Assembly (NCBI GenBank): GCA_963666215.2
Contig: CAXWPL010000005.1
Location: 992,001-1,056,000, forward strand
From: Acidobacteriota bacterium
Lineage (GTDB): Bacteria > Acidobacteriota > UBA890 > WLXD01
Length of the DNA stretch: 64,000 bases
Direction of reading: 5' to 3'
In this document: positions 60,598-64,000 of the stretch, one piece after another
How positions within the stretch are numbered: position 1 is the first letter of the stretch
Layout of the letters: every line of letters starts with the position of its first letter
Notes under the pieces: model-generated
Told to the model about the DNA's origin: nothing
The model's database searches: none
What the model saw: only the letters and a program-made list of their open reading frames with translations
Position numbers and translations under genes: made by a program

Positions 60598-63500
60598 ATG
60601 GAGCGAACCCAAATGACGCACGACCTCTCGCAACCCGAAGCCACACCCAGGCCGCGCTGGCAAACGCGGCTGGCCCTGATCTCGACACTGTTGATCGTCG
60701 GCTCCGCCAGTCCGGCGGCAGCAGCCGGATCCGCGTTACCGCCGTCTGCAACACAGGAGGAGTCGCCGCCCTGGGCGACATCACTTCGCTACCGACATAT
60801 CGGCCCGGTGGGCAATCGTGTGGTCGCGGTGGTGGGTGTTCCGGGCGATCCGCAGACCTATTACATCGGAGCCGCCTCGGGCGGAGTGTGGAAAACCACC
60901 GACGGCGGCGTTCACTGGGACCCTCTGTTCGACGATCAGGCGGTGCAAGCAATCGGCTCGTTGGCGATCGTGCCTTCCGACACCAACGTGATCTGGGCCG
61001 GGACGGGCGAGACCTTTATCCGCAGCAACGTCATCGTTGGCAACGGAATCTACCGATCCACCGACGGCGACCGTTCTTGGCAGCACCGAGGACTGGAAAA
61101 GACCGGACGGATCGGTCGGGTGATCGTGCATCCAGCCGACCCGGACACCGCCTGGGTTGCCGCGATGGGACACCTGTATGGACCCCAGGAGGAGCGTGGT
61201 GTGTTCAAGACCACCGACGGCGGTGAGAGCTGGCGCCGTGTGCTGTTTGTCGACGCCAATACAGGCGCGGCGGACCTGGTGATCGACCCCTCGAATCCGC
61301 GGGTTCTCTACGCCGGCATGTGGCAAATGCAGATCTGGACCTGGGGCCGCGAGAGTGGTGGCCCAGGCGGTGGCATCCATCGTTCCACCGACGGCGGCGA
61401 AACCTGGGAGCAGCTCACCGTGCCGGGACATGCGGCGGGCAGGGGCTCGTCGGAGCCGGTGCCCGGGCGCGGCACGCGGCGCAGCGCCGACGGGATCATC
61501 GGCAGCAGCTCTTCGGGCGCCGGCAGAGGCCTGCCCACGGGCCCCATCGGGAAAATTGGCCTGACCATCTCGGCCGCCAAGCCCGACCGTGTGTACGCGC
61601 TCATCGAGACCAGCTCGCACGACGAGTTCTCGCCCGTCGACGCCGACGGCGTGCTTTGGCGATCGGAGAACCGTGGCGACAGCTGGCAGCTCGTCAGCCG
61701 CGACCACACGCTGCACCAGCGGCCCCTCTACTACACGCGCGCTCTGGTAGCGCCCGACGACGCGGATGAGATCCACTTCATGGCGACACGCCACAGCTTC
61801 TCGATCGACGGCGGGGTGTCGATCGACCGAGGAACCGCCGGAGGCGACAACCACGACATCTGGATCGATCCCGAGCTGCCTGACCGCATCATTGTCGGTC
61901 ACGACGGAGGCGTGAGCATCTCCAACAACCGCGGTCGCACCTGGTGGCGTCCACGGCTGCAGGTGGCGCAGATGTACCACGTGTACACCGACAATCGGGT
62001 GCCCTACTTCGTGTACGGCAACCGCCAGGACGGGCCTTCCTACCGCGGCCCGAGCAACTCGCTGACCCGTGGATCGATCCCGATTGGCGCCTGGCACTCG
62101 GTGGGCGGCTGCGAGTCGGGATTCGCGGTGCCCGACCCGGTCGACCCCGACATCGTGTGGTCGGGTTGCTACGAGGGCATCCTCGACCGCTACGACGTAC
62201 GCACCGGCCACGCCCGCAACGTCAGCGTGGCCCCAGACAACCGCGAGGGTTGGCCGGCCGGTGAGCTGCGATTCCGTTTCCAGTGGACGTTCCCCATCTC
62301 GATCTCGCCCCACGACAACAACACAGTGTACGTGGGCTCGCAACACGTTCACCGCACGCTCAACGGCGGACAGAGTTGGGATGTCATCAGCCCCGATCTG
62401 ACGACAAACGACCCCGAGCTCCAGCTCAAGACGGGTGGTCTGACGGCCGACGATTCGAGCCCGACCTACGCCGCCGTGCTGTTTTCGATCGCCGAGTCGC
62501 CCGTCGAGGAGGGCGTACTGTGGGCCGGCTCCAATGATGGACGGCTCCATGTCAGTCGCGACAACGGGGCCAATTGGACCAGCGTCGCCGAGTACATGAA
62601 CGGCCTGCCGCCACTCGGCACGGTCAGCAACATCGAGCCGTCGCGCTACGCCGCCGGCAAGGCCTATGTGGCGGTCGACATGCACCAGGTAAACTCCTCC
62701 GTCCCCCAGCTCTGGGCAACCGAGGACTATGGCGCGAGCTGGCGTCGCATCGTCGATGGCATTCCCGCCGGTCCTCTGAGCTACACACACGTGATCCGCG
62801 AGGACCCTGTGCGACCCGGCCTGCTGTACTCCGGCACGGGCAACGCTCTCTATGTGTCGATGGACGATGGTCCAGCTGGCAGTCGTTGCAGAGCAACCTG
62901 CCGCACGCGCCGGTGCACTGGCTCGAGATCCAGCCGCACTTCAACGATCTCGTCGTTGCCACCTACGGTCGTGGGTTCTGGATCGTCGACGACATCACAC
63001 CCTTGCAGCAGCTCACCAACGACGTGCGCAACTCTGACCTCCACCTGTTCGATCCACGCCCGGCCTACCAATTCCTCTTCAAAGAGGCGAGCGTCAGCCA
63101 GCCCGAGGATTCGGGAGCGGGAACGAACCCTGTCTACGGCGCCAGCCTCAACTACTGGGTGGGAGACGGCGCAGATCTCGACAACCTGAAGATCGAGATC
63201 GTCGACAACTCCGGCAACGTCGTACGCACGCTGTCTGGCAGCGCGCTGGCGCGCGAGCCGGGCGTCAACCGTGTGTGGTGGGACCTGAGCCTCGAGGCAT
63301 CGAACACGCCCAAGCTGCGGACGCAGCCGCTCGAACACGACCACGTGCCGCTCACCGACGACGGCTGGCGCGCCCTGAGCGAAGGCGGTCGTGTGCGCCC
63401 GCGAGCCGTCCCCGGGAGCTACACCGTTCGTCTGTCGGCAGGCGATCACGTTCTGACAAATGACCTCGAGATCCTCAAGGATCCCAACTCCGATGGCGAC

Positions 63501-63980
63501 GTTTCGCAGATCGCCTTGCAGCAGAGCCACGTCGCGCAGATCCGTGACGAAGTCAATCAGGTCGTCGAGCTCATCGACGAGATCGAGTGGATCCGGGCCG
63601 GCATCGACGGTCTCGAGCAACGGCTCGCGGCCAACACCACGCGTGAGCCCGCCCAAGTCGCGGAAGCGCGCGAAGCCGCGGGGGCTCTCGACCACAAGCT
63701 CATCGCTCTCGAAAACATGCTGTTCGACCTACGCCTCACGAACGCAGGACAGGACACACTGCGCTGGCCTCGCCGTCTCTACGCCAAGCTCATCAGCTTG
63801 TCGGCCTACATGAGCGGCACCGACTTCGCTCCGACCGATCAGCACGTGGAGGTCCACGAGCAGTATCAGCGCCAGCTCGCCGAGTACGTCGAACGCATGC
63901 AAGCCCTGCGCAGCGCCGACCTGGCCGAGCTCAACCGCCTGTTGGCGGAGCACGGCGTGGGGGTGATCGGGGGCCTCTAG
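60598..63980 (+). CDS. Secreted VPS10/sortilin-like BNR-repeat glycosyl hydrolase, frameshift near 62872
   Basis: RHIGP, GGVWKTTDGG, repeated SxDGGxxW Asp-boxes and GGCESG; YVSMDDG continues as SWQSLQSNLP...VATYGRGFWIVDD in the next frame to TAG at 63980. Confidence 0.9.
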
Positions 63981-64000
63981 CAGGCCGTGGCGGAAGTGTG

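Overview
This is a GC-rich bacterial chromosome window, probably Acidobacteriota. The taxon is inferred from two PadR/ADOP duplicated-permease pairs, an acidobacterial-type VWA protein, and many secreted peptidases, sulfatase-like proteins and beta-propeller proteins. Most of the window is housekeeping or catabolic: M28, M12, S9 and S45 peptidases, GGT, mog, hinT, trpF, msrB, msrP, rsgA, aquaporin, SixA, DsbA and gdhA. It contains one complete IS481-family element (25-bp IRs, ACTAGG target duplication on a stop codon). A divergent amino-acid biosynthesis block holds TetR-leuACDB on the minus strand and SAM-I riboswitch-metX-metB-ask-asd-pheA on the plus strand. There are about 4 single-base frameshifts and 3 abrupt gene-fragment junctions, which may be decay or assembly artefacts. 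The best candidate for an undescribed system is a receiver-like/ATP-grasp/putative phospho-His dikinase with no pyruvate-binding barrel, directly downstream of gdhA. The second is a promoter-uORF-long hairpin leader in front of a long-form rsgA, a possible ribosome-sensing attenuator. No CRISPR array, rRNA or convincing tRNA was seen. All calls come from reading motifs by eye; no database searches were run.
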